A DNA stretch of 64,000 nt from Gammaproteobacteria bacterium (GTDB taxonomy: Bacteria > Pseudomonadota > Gammaproteobacteria > SURF-13): NCBI GenBank assembly GCA_038924245.1, contig JBCKVB010000003.1, positions 358-64,357 on the forward strand, read 5' to 3'. The translations under genes and the position numbers were made by a program. The stretch's first letter is position 1. Each line of letters opens with the position of its first letter. The notes under the pieces are model-generated. The model made no database searches. It saw only the letters and a program-made list of their open reading frames with translations, and had not been told where the DNA came from. Of the stretch, positions 42,972-54,191 are shown one piece after another.

Positions 42972-44150
42972 ATGTCCGCATCACCAGAAACGTTAATCAA
43001 GGATTTTGGCAAACCGTCGTTTTTGAGCACGCTCACGCTGTTCGACTGGGTGTGGGCGGCGCTGGTGGTGGGCGGCGCGGCCTACGTGCTGTACCGCTAC
43101 GGCGCGGTGATGAGTGAGTATGAGATCGGCACCTTATGCGGGGGGGCGCTCCTGTTGACAGGCACCGGCTGGCACTGGAAGCCGTTGCGCGTGTTTTCGC
43201 TGGCGGTGGCGGCGCTGAGCTTGAGCGCCGTGTGGTTGTATGGATCCCAGCTCGCCAGCGCCGAAACCAGTTTCATTTTACGGTATCTGCTCGCCAGCCA
43301 GTCCGCGATTATGTGGATGAGCACGCTGTTTATTCTCGGCACGCTCGCCTATTTCATCAGTCTGTTCGCGCGCTCCGATTACGCCGGACAGCTCGCCTCC
43401 GCGTTCACCTGGAGCGCCGCCGCGGCGGGACTCATCGGCCTCATGGTGCGCTGGCGCGAGTCGTATTTGATCCACCCCGACGTGGGCTACATGCCGCTGA
43501 GCAATCTGTACGAGGTATTCATCCTGTTCATGCTCGTCACCACGCTGTTGTATCTTTATTATGAAGGGCGCTACCAGACGCGCGCGCTGGGCCCGTTCGT
43601 GATGCTGATTATCGGCGCGGCGCTGGCGTTTCTGCTCTGGTTCACCTTCGAGCGCGACGGGCACGAGATACAAGGCTTGGTGCCCGCCCTTAAAAACTGG
43701 TGGATGAAGATCCATGTGCCGGCCAATTTCGTCGGCTACGGCTCATTCGCGCTCGCCGGGATGGTGGCTATCGCCTATCTGTTGCGCGAGCGCGCCGAGC
43801 GCGTCAATCCGCAAGGCGTATTTGCCACGCGCCTGCCCAGCCTGGAGATCATGGATGACCTCATGTACAAGGCCATCACGCTGGGCTTCGGCTTTTTCAT
43901 GCTCGCCACCGTGCTTGGCGCGCTGTGGGCCGCGGAGGCCTGGGGCGGCTACTGGTCGTGGGATCCGAAGGAGACCTGGGCGCTCATCATATTGCTCAAC
44001 TACGCCGGCTGGCTGCACTTCCGCTTCACCAAGGGCTGGCGCGGCACGCCCATGGCATGGTGGGCGATAGGCGGTCTAGGCATTACCACTTTCGCCTTCA
44101 TGGGCGTGAACATGTTTCTCACCGGCCTGCATTCGTACGGCGGTCTGTAG
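42972..44150 (+). CDS. ccsA: cytochrome c-type biogenesis protein CcsA/ResC (haem exporter/lyase)
   Basis: Polytopic membrane protein with the WWD-type tryptophan-rich motif (WGGYWSWDPKETWALI). GGAGA lies 6 nt before ATG 42972. Confidence 0.9.
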   Translation: MSASPETLIKDFGKPSFLSTLTLFDWVWAALVVGGAAYVLYRYGAVMSEYEIGTLCGGALLLTGTGWHWKPLRVFSLAVAALSLSAVWLYGSQLASAETSFILRYLLASQSAIMWMSTLFILGTLAYFISLFARSDYAGQLASAFTWSAAAAGLIGLMVRWRESYLIHPDVGYMPLSNLYEVFILFMLVTTLLYLYYEGRYQTRALGPFVMLIIGAALAFLLWFTFERDGHEIQGLVPALKNWWMKIHVPANFVGYGSFALAGMVAIAYLLRERAERVNPQGVFATRLPSLEIMDDLMYKAITLGFGFFMLATVLGALWAAEAWGGYWSWDPKETWALIILLNYAGWLHFRFTKGWRGTPMAWWAIGGLGITTFAFMGVNMFLTGLHSYGGL

Positions 44151-44158
44151 AGATATTA

Positions 44159-44306
44159 AGGAACCTCTGATTTATTCAGAGGTTCCTGCGGCACAGGGAT
44201 GTGCCGCCATTTCCAATGGCGTTAAGCCATTGGAAATGAAGGAAAGTGAAAATCACATTTTTCACTTTCCGTGCTCTGAGAAGTCCGGGACGGACTTATT
44301 CAGAGC
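44159..44306. repeat. cluster of five consecutive perfect hairpins between convergent ccsA and the cNMP-binding gene
   Basis: H1 44159-44187 (12-bp stem). H2 44189-44206 (CGGCACA-GGGA-TGTGCCG). H3 44208-44238 (12 bp). H4 44241-44270 (12 bp). H5 44272-44306 (CTCTGA…AAGTCC-GGGAC-GGACTT…TCAGAG). Confidence 0.85.
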
Positions 44307-44310
44307 TTCC

Positions 44311-44802
44311 TTAAGCATAGCCCTTGCCGCGGATGTACTTGCCCAGCGTCGCCATGTCGGTGCTGACGCGGCGGATCAGGTGATCGAGGCTGATGATGGC
44401 GTGTTCCAGCAGGTTCACCGCGATGTAGGGGTGCTCCACGCGCAGGCGCTCGTATTTGACGCGGGTGAGCTTCAATAACTGCGTGGCGGCGCTCATGGCG
44501 CGCAGGCGCACCAGGCGCGGCTTTTTGTCGAAGAATGACATCTCGCCCATGAGCTCGCCTTCCTTCATGCGGCCGACCTCGATCTCCTCGCCGCCCTCGT
44601 CGTAAAACAGCGCCACTTCGCCGCGCACCACGAAATACAGCGCCTGGCCCACCTCGCCCGCCTCGGCGATGATGTCTTTCTTCTTAAAGCCCGCCAGCTC
44701 GGTATAGTCGAGCAGCGTGTTCACTTCCTTGACGGTGAGCGACTCGCACAGATGCTGCTGGTTTAAAAATTGCTTAAGCTCTATTTTGCCGGAACCGGTC
44801 AT
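44311..44802 (-). CDS. cyclic-nucleotide-binding domain protein
   Basis: 163 aa. A CAP-effector-like beta-roll (ALYFVVRGEVALFY…GELMGEMSFF) without a DNA-binding domain. Confidence 0.8.
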   Translation of the reverse strand: MTGSGKIELKQFLNQQHLCESLTVKEVNTLLDYTELAGFKKKDIIAEAGEVGQALYFVVRGEVALFYDEGGEEIEVGRMKEGELMGEMSFFDKKPRLVRLRAMSAATQLLKLTRVKYERLRVEHPYIAVNLLEHAIISLDHLIRRVSTDMATLGKYIRGKGYA

Positions 44803-44854
44803 GACGGACTCCCTGGTTAATACTGCGAATTTTACCAGAGAAAACTCTCCGGTT

Positions 44855-45184
44855 TTACAAAATCATGCTGGCCGCGATCACCATCGCCGCGCTGGTGGAA
44901 AAATAGGCCATCCCGCTCATCAGTTCCGTGGTGGCGCAGGAACTGGTGGCGCGCATCTCAAACAGGGAGAGCTGCTGCCCGGGTGCGTGCTGCAATTGTC
45001 GCCTTCCCATCAGTTGAACAGCCAGCTGGAGGTGCGCTTCCTGAGCCATGACAGGTTTCAGGGCCTTACGCGCTTGGGCGGGTGTTTTGTCGGTTTGGAA
45101 CCCAGCCAGCAACAACTCGTGGAACGCACCGTCGCCGCCCTGGAACGCAACCGTCGCCGCAAGCAGACGGAATAATATTGTCAT
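44855..45184 (-). CDS. hypothetical protein (about 109 aa)
   Basis: ORF with coding-like composition. I start it at ATG 45184 (MTILFRLLAATVAF…) because the longer track ORF (to 45262) runs through a repeat hairpin. Confidence 0.45.
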   Translation of the reverse strand: MTILFRLLAATVAFQGGDGAFHELLLAGFQTDKTPAQARKALKPVMAQEAHLQLAVQLMGRRQLQHAPGQQLSLFEMRATSSCATTELMSGMAYFSTSAAMVIAASMIL

Positions 45185-45385
45185 GCCAGAGTGAGCCGCG
45201 AAGCGGCGACCGTTTGGCAGGATAGCCAAACGGTCGCCGCCGTTAGGCGGCCCGTAGGGCAAGGCACAGGGAAGAGCGAAGCGAAGTCCTGCCTTGTGAA
45301 CGCCACGCCAGGGAAGGCGTGGCCGGTGTCTGGAGATGCCACTGATGCGACGCCAGGGACGGCAAGGAAAATGTTATTTTAAAAC
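45185..45385. repeat. REP-like hairpin cluster next to tRNA-Pro
   Basis: Begins with GTGAGCCGCGAAGCGGCGA. Perfect 16-bp hairpin at 45203-45240. Further hairpins have (A)GGGA(A) loops (CAAGGCA…TGCCTTG; GCCACGCC-AGGGAA-GGCGTGGC) and GCGAAGCGAAG words. Confidence 0.8.
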
Positions 45386-45389
45386 TGAA

Positions 45390-45466
45390 TGGTCGGGGTG
45401 AGAGGATTTGAACCTCCGGCCCCTAGCTCCCGAAGCTAGTGCTCTACCAAGCTGAGCTACACCCCG
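45390..45466 (-). tRNA. tRNA-Pro (anticodon CGG)
   Basis: The reverse complement CGGGGTGTAGCTCAGCTTGGTAGAGCACTAGCTTCGGGAGCTAGGGGCCGGAGGTTCAAATCCTCTCACCCCGACCA folds as a cloverleaf. Anticodon loop TTCGGGA. CCA is encoded. Confidence 0.95.
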
Positions 45467-45506
45467 AACGGTGTTAACGGGCGGTAATTTGTCAGTACCG
45501 CGGTCG

Positions 45507-46502
45507 TCAGTAATTCCGGCTTACGGAAAATTCGGCCAACGCATGCAGCGCGTCTGTATAAGATGAGGCGGGCAGCGCGGACAGCGCGGCACGGGCTTGA
45601 TCCGCCTCCCGCCTGGCCGAGCGCGCAGTGTACGCGAGCGCCCCGCTCATTTCAATGGCGCGCTTGACCTCTTCAATCTGATCCAGCGTGCCGTGTTCAA
45701 TGGCGGTGCGGATCAGCGCGGCTTGCCGAGCCGTGCCGTGTTGCAGGGCGTAGATGAGCGGCAGCGTGGGCTTGCCCTCGGCTAGGTCATCGCCGATGTT
45801 TTTGCCTGTCTCTTCCGGCGCTGCGCTGTAATCAAGCGCATCGTCTATCAATTGAAACGCCGTGCCGAGGTGCATGCCGTAGGCGGCCAGCGCCTGCTCA
45901 ACGGCGCTGTCCTGTTGGGCGAGCACCGCGCCGAGCTGGCAGGCGGCCTCGAACAGCTTGGCGGTCTTGCAGCGGATCACCGCGAGATAGCGCGCCTCCG
46001 TGGTGTCCGGGTCGTGGCAGTTGAGCAGTTGCATCACCTCGCCCTCGGCGATGGTGTTGGTGGCGTGGGCGAGGATTTCCATCACGCGCATCTCGTTGGT
46101 TTCCACCATCATCTCGAACGCGCGCGAGTAGAGAAAATCGCCCACCAACACGCTCGCCTCGTTGCCCCACAGGGTGTTGGCGGTGTCCTTGCCGCGGCGC
46201 AGCTCCGAGCCGTCCACCACGTCGTCGTGCAACAGCGTCGCGGTGTGGATGAATTCGATGATCGCGGCCAGGTTGACGTGCTGCGAGCCCGTGTAACCGC
46301 AGGCGTGCGCGCCGAGCAGGGCCAGCATCGGGCGCAGGCGTTTGCCGCCGCTGTTGACGATGTAAGCGCCGATCTGGTTGATGAGCGCCACCTCGGAGCA
46401 GAGGCGTTTTTGAATAAGCGCGTTGACGGCGCGCATCTCCGCGCCGATCAGCGTTTGCACGGCCTCAAAGTTCATGGATGTCGGCGTTTGACCTGTGAGC
46501 AT
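45507..46502 (-). CDS. ispB: octaprenyl-diphosphate synthase
   Basis: 331 aa with two DDxxD motifs (LLHDDVVD, FQLIDDALD). Divergent from rplU, as in many proteobacteria. The start may be M10 (46475). Confidence 0.9.
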   Translation of the reverse strand: MLTGQTPTSMNFEAVQTLIGAEMRAVNALIQKRLCSEVALINQIGAYIVNSGGKRLRPMLALLGAHACGYTGSQHVNLAAIIEFIHTATLLHDDVVDGSELRRGKDTANTLWGNEASVLVGDFLYSRAFEMMVETNEMRVMEILAHATNTIAEGEVMQLLNCHDPDTTEARYLAVIRCKTAKLFEAACQLGAVLAQQDSAVEQALAAYGMHLGTAFQLIDDALDYSAAPEETGKNIGDDLAEGKPTLPLIYALQHGTARQAALIRTAIEHGTLDQIEEVKRAIEMSGALAYTARSARREADQARAALSALPASSYTDALHALAEFSVSRNY

Positions 46503-46573
46503 GGGACATACTATAATTGTGGACTTGATTTAAGTTGATCCTGCCTCAAACCGGCGGGACGTGGAGCGGGAAC

Positions 46574-46888
46574 ATGTATGCGGTTATTGTAACAGGCGGC
46601 AAGCAGTACCGGGTGGCGCAAGGCGAAAAGCTGCGCGTCGAAAAACTCGAGGCTGTGGAAGGCGCCACGGTGGAGTTTGACCAGGTGCTCATGGTGGGGG
46701 TAGGCGCGGACGTCAAGGTCGGCACACCGCTGGTGGCGGGCGGCAAGGTGACGGCCAAGGTCACCGCACAGGGCCGCGGCGAGAAGATCAAGATCGTGAA
46801 ATTCCGCCGCCGCAAGCATCACATGAAGCAGATGGGGCACCGCCAGTCCTACACTGAAGTCGAGATCACCGGCATCACCGGGGCTTAA
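46574..46888 (+). CDS. rplU: 50S ribosomal protein L21
   Basis: [25 protein letters not shown]… is canonical L21. The track ORF starts 39 nt too early. Confidence 0.95.
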   Translation: MYAVIVTGGKQYRVAQGEKLRVEKLEAVEGATVEFDQVLMVGVGADVKVGTPLVAGGKVTAKVTAQGRGEKIKIVKFRRRKHHMKQMGHRQSYTEVEITGITGA

Positions 46889-46901
46889 TAAGGAGCAAGG
46901 C

Positions 46902-47159
46902 ATGGCACATAAAAAGGCAGGCGGCAGCACGCAAAACGGCCGCGATTCACATTCCAAACGCCTGGGCGTCAAGTGCTTCGGCGGTGAGCAGGTGCTGGCG
47001 GGCAATATCCTGATCCGTCAGCGCGGCACCAAGGTGCATCCCGGCGCCAATGTCGGCATCGGGCGCGATCACACCCTGTTCGCCAAGGCCGGCGGCAAGG
47101 TGCGGTTTGATCTCAAGGGCAAGCCCCAGCGCAGCTACGTGAGCGTGGTGAGCGGCTGA
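46902..47159 (+). CDS. rpmA: 50S ribosomal protein L27
   Basis: [29 protein letters not shown]… is canonical L27. Confidence 0.97.
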   Translation: MAHKKAGGSTQNGRDSHSKRLGVKCFGGEQVLAGNILIRQRGTKVHPGANVGIGRDHTLFAKAGGKVRFDLKGKPQRSYVSVVSG

Positions 47160-47186
47160 CGCTCACGGCGCGCCGTTCCACACCAG

Positions 47187-47212
47187 GCCCCCGCGCGGGG
47201 CTTTGTCGTTTT
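47187..47212 (+). terminator. intrinsic terminator after rpmA
   Basis: GC stem GCCCC-CGCGC-GGGGC followed by TTTGTCGTTTT. Confidence 0.6.
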
Positions 47213-47330
47213 ACAGGGTGAGCCGCGAAGCGGCGAACGCCAAGCCACGGATGGCTTGGCCGGGGCTGATAAGTAAACTGAAGTATCGCCAGGGATGGCG
47301 AAGATGAAGGTTACTACGACCAATGGGCCG
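47213..47330. repeat. REP-like hairpin cluster upstream of tRNA-Leu
   Basis: Starts with the same GTGAGCCGCGAAGCGGCGA word as 45191. Hairpins GCCAAGCCA-CGGA-TGGCTTGGC (47239-47260) and TCGCCA-GGGA-TGGCGA. Confidence 0.75.
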
Positions 47331-47369
47331 TGCGCGCGAGCGTTATAATGTGCGGCAACCGATATGAAT

Positions 47370-47451
47370 GCGAAAGTGGCGAAATCGGTAGACGCGCTGG
47401 TTTTAGGTGCCAGTGGGGCAACCCGTGAGAGTTCGAGTCTCTCCTTTCGCA
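47370..47451 (+). tRNA. tRNA-Leu (anticodon TAG)
   Basis: GCGAAAGTGGCGAAATCGGTAGACGCGCTGGTTTTAGGTGCCAGTGGGGCAACCCGTGAGAGTTCGAGTCTCTCCTTTCGCA has a long variable arm and anticodon loop TTTAGGT. CCA is not encoded. A TATAAT hexamer lies at 47344-47349. Confidence 0.95.
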
Positions 47452-47530
47452 CATACTTGAGGCAGCGTCTTTCGCTCCGCATCTTGTTTATCTTACTATC
47501 CACCCTTAAACTGAACGAATGAGTACCTCT

Positions 47531-48832
47531 ATGCAAGTTTCCGTTGAATCCACCTCCGGGCTGGAGCGCCGCATGACGGTGCGCGTGCCGGAAGAGCGCG
47601 TCAGTCTTGAGATCCAAAAACGCCTGAAGTCTCTCGCCGGCAGGGTGAAGGTGGACGGTTTCCGTCCCGGCAAGGCGCCGTTCAAGCTGGTCGAGCGGCA
47701 GTTCGGCGCGCAAGTGGCGCAGGAAGTAATGGGCGACATGGTGCGCGCCAGCTTCACCGAGGCGCTGCAGCAGCAGAAGCTGCGTCCCGCGGGCAGCCCC
47801 AGGATCGTGACCGAGAGCACGCTCGCGGGCCAGGGCCTCGGCTACACCGCGGTGTTCGAGGTCTATCCGGAGGTGGGCTTAAGCGTCGTCGCCGGGCTGA
47901 AGGTGGAGCAGCCGGTGGCGGAAGTTACCGAGCAGGACGTGGACAAGATGCTGGAGACGCTGCGCAAGCAACGCGCGCAGTGGACGCCGGTCGAGCGCGG
48001 CGCGCAAAACGGCGATCAGCTACAGATACACTTCAAGATGCGCGTCGCGGACGGCGCGTGGCAGGAATATGGCGACAAGCTGTTCACCTTCGTGCTCGGC
48101 GTCAACGATGTGGAGTTCGATAAACAACTGATCGGCGCCAAGGCCGGGCAGAATCTGACCGCGCAACACACCTTTCCCGCGGAACACGGCAACCAGGAAG
48201 TGGCGGGCAAGCCGGTGCATTATGACATCCAGGTGGTGAGCGTGAAGGAGCCTCATCTGCCCGCGCTGGATGAAGCGTTCGTGCGCGGCTTCGGCGTGCC
48301 GGAAGGCACCGTGGAGGCCTTGCGCAAGGAGGCGCGCGCCAACATGCAGCGCGAGCTGGAGCAGGCGGTGCAGGTCAGGATACGCAGCCAGCTCATGGAT
48401 GCGCTGTATGAGCGCAATCCGCTGGAAGTGCCCAAGGCGGTGATTGAGAACGAGACGGAGCAATTGATGGCGCGCGCGCGGCAAAACCTGATGCTGCGCG
48501 GCATCAACGCCGAGGACGCAACAGTGGATCGCGCCAAATTCGAGCGGGACGCGCGCCGCCGCGCCGCCCTGGGGCTGCTGCTGAGCGAACTCGCGCAACG
48601 CGAAAAGATCACGCCCGACCCCGCCGCGGTGCGCGCACGGGTGGAGAGCATCGCTTCCACTTATGAAAAGCCGGACGAAGTGGTGCAGTGGTATTATTCA
48701 AAGCCCGAGCAACTGGCGCAGATCGAGTCGCTCGCGCTGGAAGATCAGGTGGTCGCCTGGCTGTTACAGCGCGCCGAGGTGAGCGAGCGTCCATCGAGTT
48801 TCGACGCGCTGCTTAATCCCGCCCAAGCCTAA
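47531..48832 (+). CDS. tig: trigger factor
   Basis: [20 protein letters not shown]… is a canonical Tig N-terminus. Central FKBP-like domain. The alternative start is 47519. Confidence 0.95.
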   Translation: MQVSVESTSGLERRMTVRVPEERVSLEIQKRLKSLAGRVKVDGFRPGKAPFKLVERQFGAQVAQEVMGDMVRASFTEALQQQKLRPAGSPRIVTESTLAGQGLGYTAVFEVYPEVGLSVVAGLKVEQPVAEVTEQDVDKMLETLRKQRAQWTPVERGAQNGDQLQIHFKMRVADGAWQEYGDKLFTFVLGVNDVEFDKQLIGAKAGQNLTAQHTFPAEHGNQEVAGKPVHYDIQVVSVKEPHLPALDEAFVRGFGVPEGTVEALRKEARANMQRELEQAVQVRIRSQLMDALYERNPLEVPKAVIENETEQLMARARQNLMLRGINAEDATVDRAKFERDARRRAALGLLLSELAQREKITPDPAAVRARVESIASTYEKPDEVVQWYYSKPEQLAQIESLALEDQVVAWLLQRAEVSERPSSFDALLNPAQA

Positions 48833-48845
48833 AGGAATTGAAGTT

Positions 48846-49490
48846 ATGACCGATAAGTATAGTGATAAGGAACCGCGCGCCATGATCAATCTCAATCTCG
48901 TCCCCATGGTGGTGGAGCAGACCTCACGCGGTGAGCGCGCGTACGACATCTACTCGCGCCTGCTCAAGGAGCGGGTGATCTTCATGGTGGGGCCGGTGGA
49001 AGATCACATGGCCAACCTGGTGGTGGCGCAGTTGCTGTTTCTGGAGTCGGAAAACCCGGACAAGGACATCCATCTTTATGTTAATTCGCCCGGCGGTTCG
49101 GTGAGCGCGGGGCTTGCGATTTACGACACCATGCAATTCATCAAGCCGGACGTGAGCACCATGTGCATCGGCCAGGCCGCTTCCATGGGCGCGCTGTTGC
49201 TGGCGGGCGGGGCCAAGGGTAAGCGTTATTGCCTGCCGCATTCGCGCATCATGATCCATCAGCCGCTGGGCGGTTTCCAGGGCCAGGCGACCGACATAGA
49301 CATCCACGCGCGTGAGATACTCGCGGTGCGCGACCGCTTGAATAAAGTGCTCGCCAAGCACACCGGCCAAGACCTGGAAAAGATCGCGCGCGACACCGAC
49401 CGCGACAACTTCATGGACGGCCAGGCGGCGCTGAAATACGGCTTGATAGACGCCGTATTGACCGAACGTCAGGTAAAGGCCGCCGGTTGA
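48846..49490 (+). CDS. clpP: ATP-dependent Clp protease proteolytic subunit
   Basis: [29 protein letters not shown]… with catalytic Ser (GQAASMGA) and His/Asp contexts. Confidence 0.97.
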   Translation: MTDKYSDKEPRAMINLNLVPMVVEQTSRGERAYDIYSRLLKERVIFMVGPVEDHMANLVVAQLLFLESENPDKDIHLYVNSPGGSVSAGLAIYDTMQFIKPDVSTMCIGQAASMGALLLAGGAKGKRYCLPHSRIMIHQPLGGFQGQATDIDIHAREILAVRDRLNKVLAKHTGQDLEKIARDTDRDNFMDGQAALKYGLIDAVLTERQVKAAG

Positions 49491-49501
49491 CGGAACACCA
49501 C

Positions 49502-49529
49502 TTGACGGCCAAGGTCATAGTGCTAGTAT
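49502..49529 (+). promoter_or_regulatory. sigma70-like promoter candidate for clpX (TTGACG-N16-TAGTAT)
   Basis: Hexamers at 49502-49507 and 49524-49529 in the clpP-clpX spacer. Confidence 0.35.
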
Positions 49530-49585
49530 CTCCTGTAACATGAGTGCAATAATCACGGCGCAAACACGAGTGAGAGGATAACAGG

Positions 49586-50860
49586 GTGGACGACAAACAC
49601 GGCAAGGGCGCAAGCGGTGAAAAGCTGTTGTACTGCTCATTTTGCGGCAAGAGCCAGCACGAGGTGCGCAAGCTCATCGCGGGCCCGTCGGTATTCGTGT
49701 GCGACGAGTGCGTCGAGCTGTGCAACGACATCATCCGCGAAGAAGTGCAGCAGAAGGCCGCCGGGGCCAAGGGCAAGCTGCCCTCCCCGCACGAGATCCG
49801 CAAGGTGCTGGACGACTACGTGGTGGGCCAGACGCACGCCAAAAAGGTGCTCTCGGTCGCGGTGTACAACCACTACAAGCGCTTGCAGCACGGCCAGAAG
49901 AAGGACGAGGTCGAGCTCGCCAAGAGCAATATTCTTTTAATCGGTCCAACCGGTTCCGGCAAGACCCTGCTCGCCGAGACGCTGGCACGCCTGCTCAACG
50001 TGCCGTTCGCCATCGCCGACGCCACCACGCTCACCGAGGCCGGTTACGTCGGCGAGGACGTGGAAAACATCATCCAGAAGCTGCTGCAAAAGGCCGAGTA
50101 TGACGTCGAGAAGGCGCAGACCGGCATCGTCTACATAGACGAAATAGACAAGATTTCACGCAAGTCGGACAACCCCTCCATCACGCGCGATGTGTCGGGC
50201 GAGGGGGTGCAGCAGGCGCTGCTCAAGCTCATCGAGGGCACCATCGCCTCGGTGCCGCCGCAGGGCGGGCGCAAGCATCCGCAGCAGGAGTTTCTGCAGA
50301 TCAATACCGCGCATATCCTGTTTATCTGCGGCGGCGCGTTCTCCGGCCTGGACAAGATCATCCGCGACCGTTCCGAGAAGGGCGGCATCGGCTTCTCCGC
50401 GGAGATCAAGAGCAAGGATGACCGCAAGAAGCATAACGAAATCCTCAATGCCGTGGAGCCGGAAGACCTGATCAAATACGGCCTCATTCCGGAGTTCGTG
50501 GGGCGTCTGCCGGTGCTGGCGGTGCTGGAGGAGTTGGATGAAGTGGCGCTGATGCGCATCCTGACTGAGCCCAAGAATGCCCTGGTCAAGCAGTACGTCA
50601 AGCTGTTCGAGATGGAAGGTACGCAACTGGAGTTGCGCGAGGACGCGCTGCGCACCGTGGCGCACAAGGCCATGATGCGCAAGACCGGCGCGCGCGGTTT
50701 GCGCTCCATCCTGGAACGGGTTTTGCTTGATACCATGTACGAACTGCCTACACTGAGCAACGTGAGCAAGGTGGTGATAGATGCCGCTGTAATCCACGGC
50801 CACACTGAACCGCTGCTCATTTATGAGAGCACCGGGCAGAAGCGCGCCGCTTCAGAATGA
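49586..50860 (+). CDS. clpX: ATP-dependent Clp protease ATP-binding subunit ClpX
   Basis: GTG start. Zinc-binding N-domain [26 protein letters not shown], Walker A GPTGSGKT and the GYVG pore loop. Confidence 0.97.
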   Translation: MDDKHGKGASGEKLLYCSFCGKSQHEVRKLIAGPSVFVCDECVELCNDIIREEVQQKAAGAKGKLPSPHEIRKVLDDYVVGQTHAKKVLSVAVYNHYKRLQHGQKKDEVELAKSNILLIGPTGSGKTLLAETLARLLNVPFAIADATTLTEAGYVGEDVENIIQKLLQKAEYDVEKAQTGIVYIDEIDKISRKSDNPSITRDVSGEGVQQALLKLIEGTIASVPPQGGRKHPQQEFLQINTAHILFICGGAFSGLDKIIRDRSEKGGIGFSAEIKSKDDRKKHNEILNAVEPEDLIKYGLIPEFVGRLPVLAVLEELDEVALMRILTEPKNALVKQYVKLFEMEGTQLELREDALRTVAHKAMMRKTGARGLRSILERVLLDTMYELPTLSNVSKVVIDAAVIHGHTEPLLIYESTGQKRAASE

Positions 50861-50982
50861 TTTTCCTGGAGCAAGGCGGCTTGAGTTAGCGCAAAGCCGG
50901 CCTCAAATCCGTAAGGTGTAGGGATGCATTAAGGGTCTTGTCTCTTGGAACAGCCGCCGCTCTTAACGTGAGGTCATACGCC

Positions 50983-53388
<2,406 letters not shown>

Positions 53389-53468
53389 CGGCAACGGCAA
53401 GCAGGCGGCTGGTCAATCGGCCTGACCGGTTTTTGCGTGTGATGCACCGGATGCGGTATACTATTCTG

Positions 53469-53498
53469 CTTGACACAGGTTTCCGGCAGTTGGTATAA
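53469..53498 (+). promoter_or_regulatory. sigma70 promoter candidate for hupB (TTGACA-N18-TATAAA)
   Basis: Consensus -35 at 53469-53474 and -10-like hexamer at 53493-53498, about 70 nt upstream of the hupB GTG start. SD AAGGGGAG. Confidence 0.5.
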
Positions 53499-53567
53499 AT
53501 GTCGTGTTTTCTTCGAGTTCCCGCAGCGCAGCTGCCAACCTAACCATCGTTTAAGGGGAGTAAAAAA

Positions 53568-53849
53568 GTGAATAAAGCAGAACTGATTGATGCCGTTGCC
53601 GCCTCAACCGATAGCTCAAAAGCCGATGCCGGACGCGCCGTGGACGCGGTCATTGCCGCCGTCACCAAGGCCCTCAAGAAGGGCGACCAGGTCGCGCTGG
53701 TGGGCTTTGGCACCTTCCTGGTGCGCAAGCGCGCCGCACGCAGCGGCCGCAACCCGCAGACCGGCGCCACCATCCAGATCAAGGCGGCCAAGGTTCCCGC
53801 GTTCAAGGCTGGTAAAGCCCTCAAGGATGCCGTAAACTTAAAAAAGTAA
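53568..53849 (+). CDS. hupB: DNA-binding protein HU-beta
   Basis: [11 protein letters not shown]…GFGTF.VR.RAAR.GRNPQTG..I.I.A…[14 protein letters not shown] is canonical HU. Confidence 0.97.
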   Translation: MNKAELIDAVAASTDSSKADAGRAVDAVIAAVTKALKKGDQVALVGFGTFLVRKRAARSGRNPQTGATIQIKAAKVPAFKAGKALKDAVNLKK

Positions 53850-53860
53850 CGCGCCTCCTT

Positions 53861-53936
53861 GGGTGCTTAGCTCAGCTGGGAGAGCGTCGCCTTTACACGG
53901 CGAATGTCGGGGGTTCGATCCCCTCAGCACCCACCA
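53861..53936 (+). tRNA. tRNA-Val (anticodon TAC)
   Basis: GGGTGCTTAGCTCAGCTGGGAGAGCGTCGCCTTTACACGGCGAATGTCGGGGGTTCGATCCCCTCAGCACCCACCA folds as a cloverleaf. CCA is encoded. Confidence 0.95.
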
Positions 53937-53942
53937 GCAACA

Positions 53943-54019
53943 GGAGTGGTAGTTCAGCTGGTTAGAATACCTGCCTGTCACGCAGGGGGTCGCGGGTTCG
54001 AGTCCCGTCCACTCCGCCA
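53943..54019 (+). tRNA. tRNA-Asp (anticodon GTC)
   Basis: GGAGTGGTAGTTCAGCTGGTTAGAATACCTGCCTGTCACGCAGGGGGTCGCGGGTTCGAGTCCCGTCCACTCCGCCA. CCA is encoded. Confidence 0.95.
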
Positions 54020-54191
54020 TTCCTCGGCGGTTGATGCCCTTGCGGGTGTACAGCCGCGCTTGAGCTTAAAAAGAGCAAGGTCAGGCTCACCAGCGCATGT
54101 TCGATGCGCTGATGCGCATAGACTTTAAGTTATGCCGAACGGGGCGCACGTCAAAATGCGCCCTGTTTTTTTTACTCTTGTTAAAGACCTT

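Noticed and set aside
50861-50982. Sigma32 heat-shock promoter upstream of lon (CTTGAGT…CCTCAAAT)
   Set aside because: It resembles CTTGAAA-N13-15-CCCCATNT only loosely, since the -10 element lacks the CCCCAT core. This is too weak to report as a feature.
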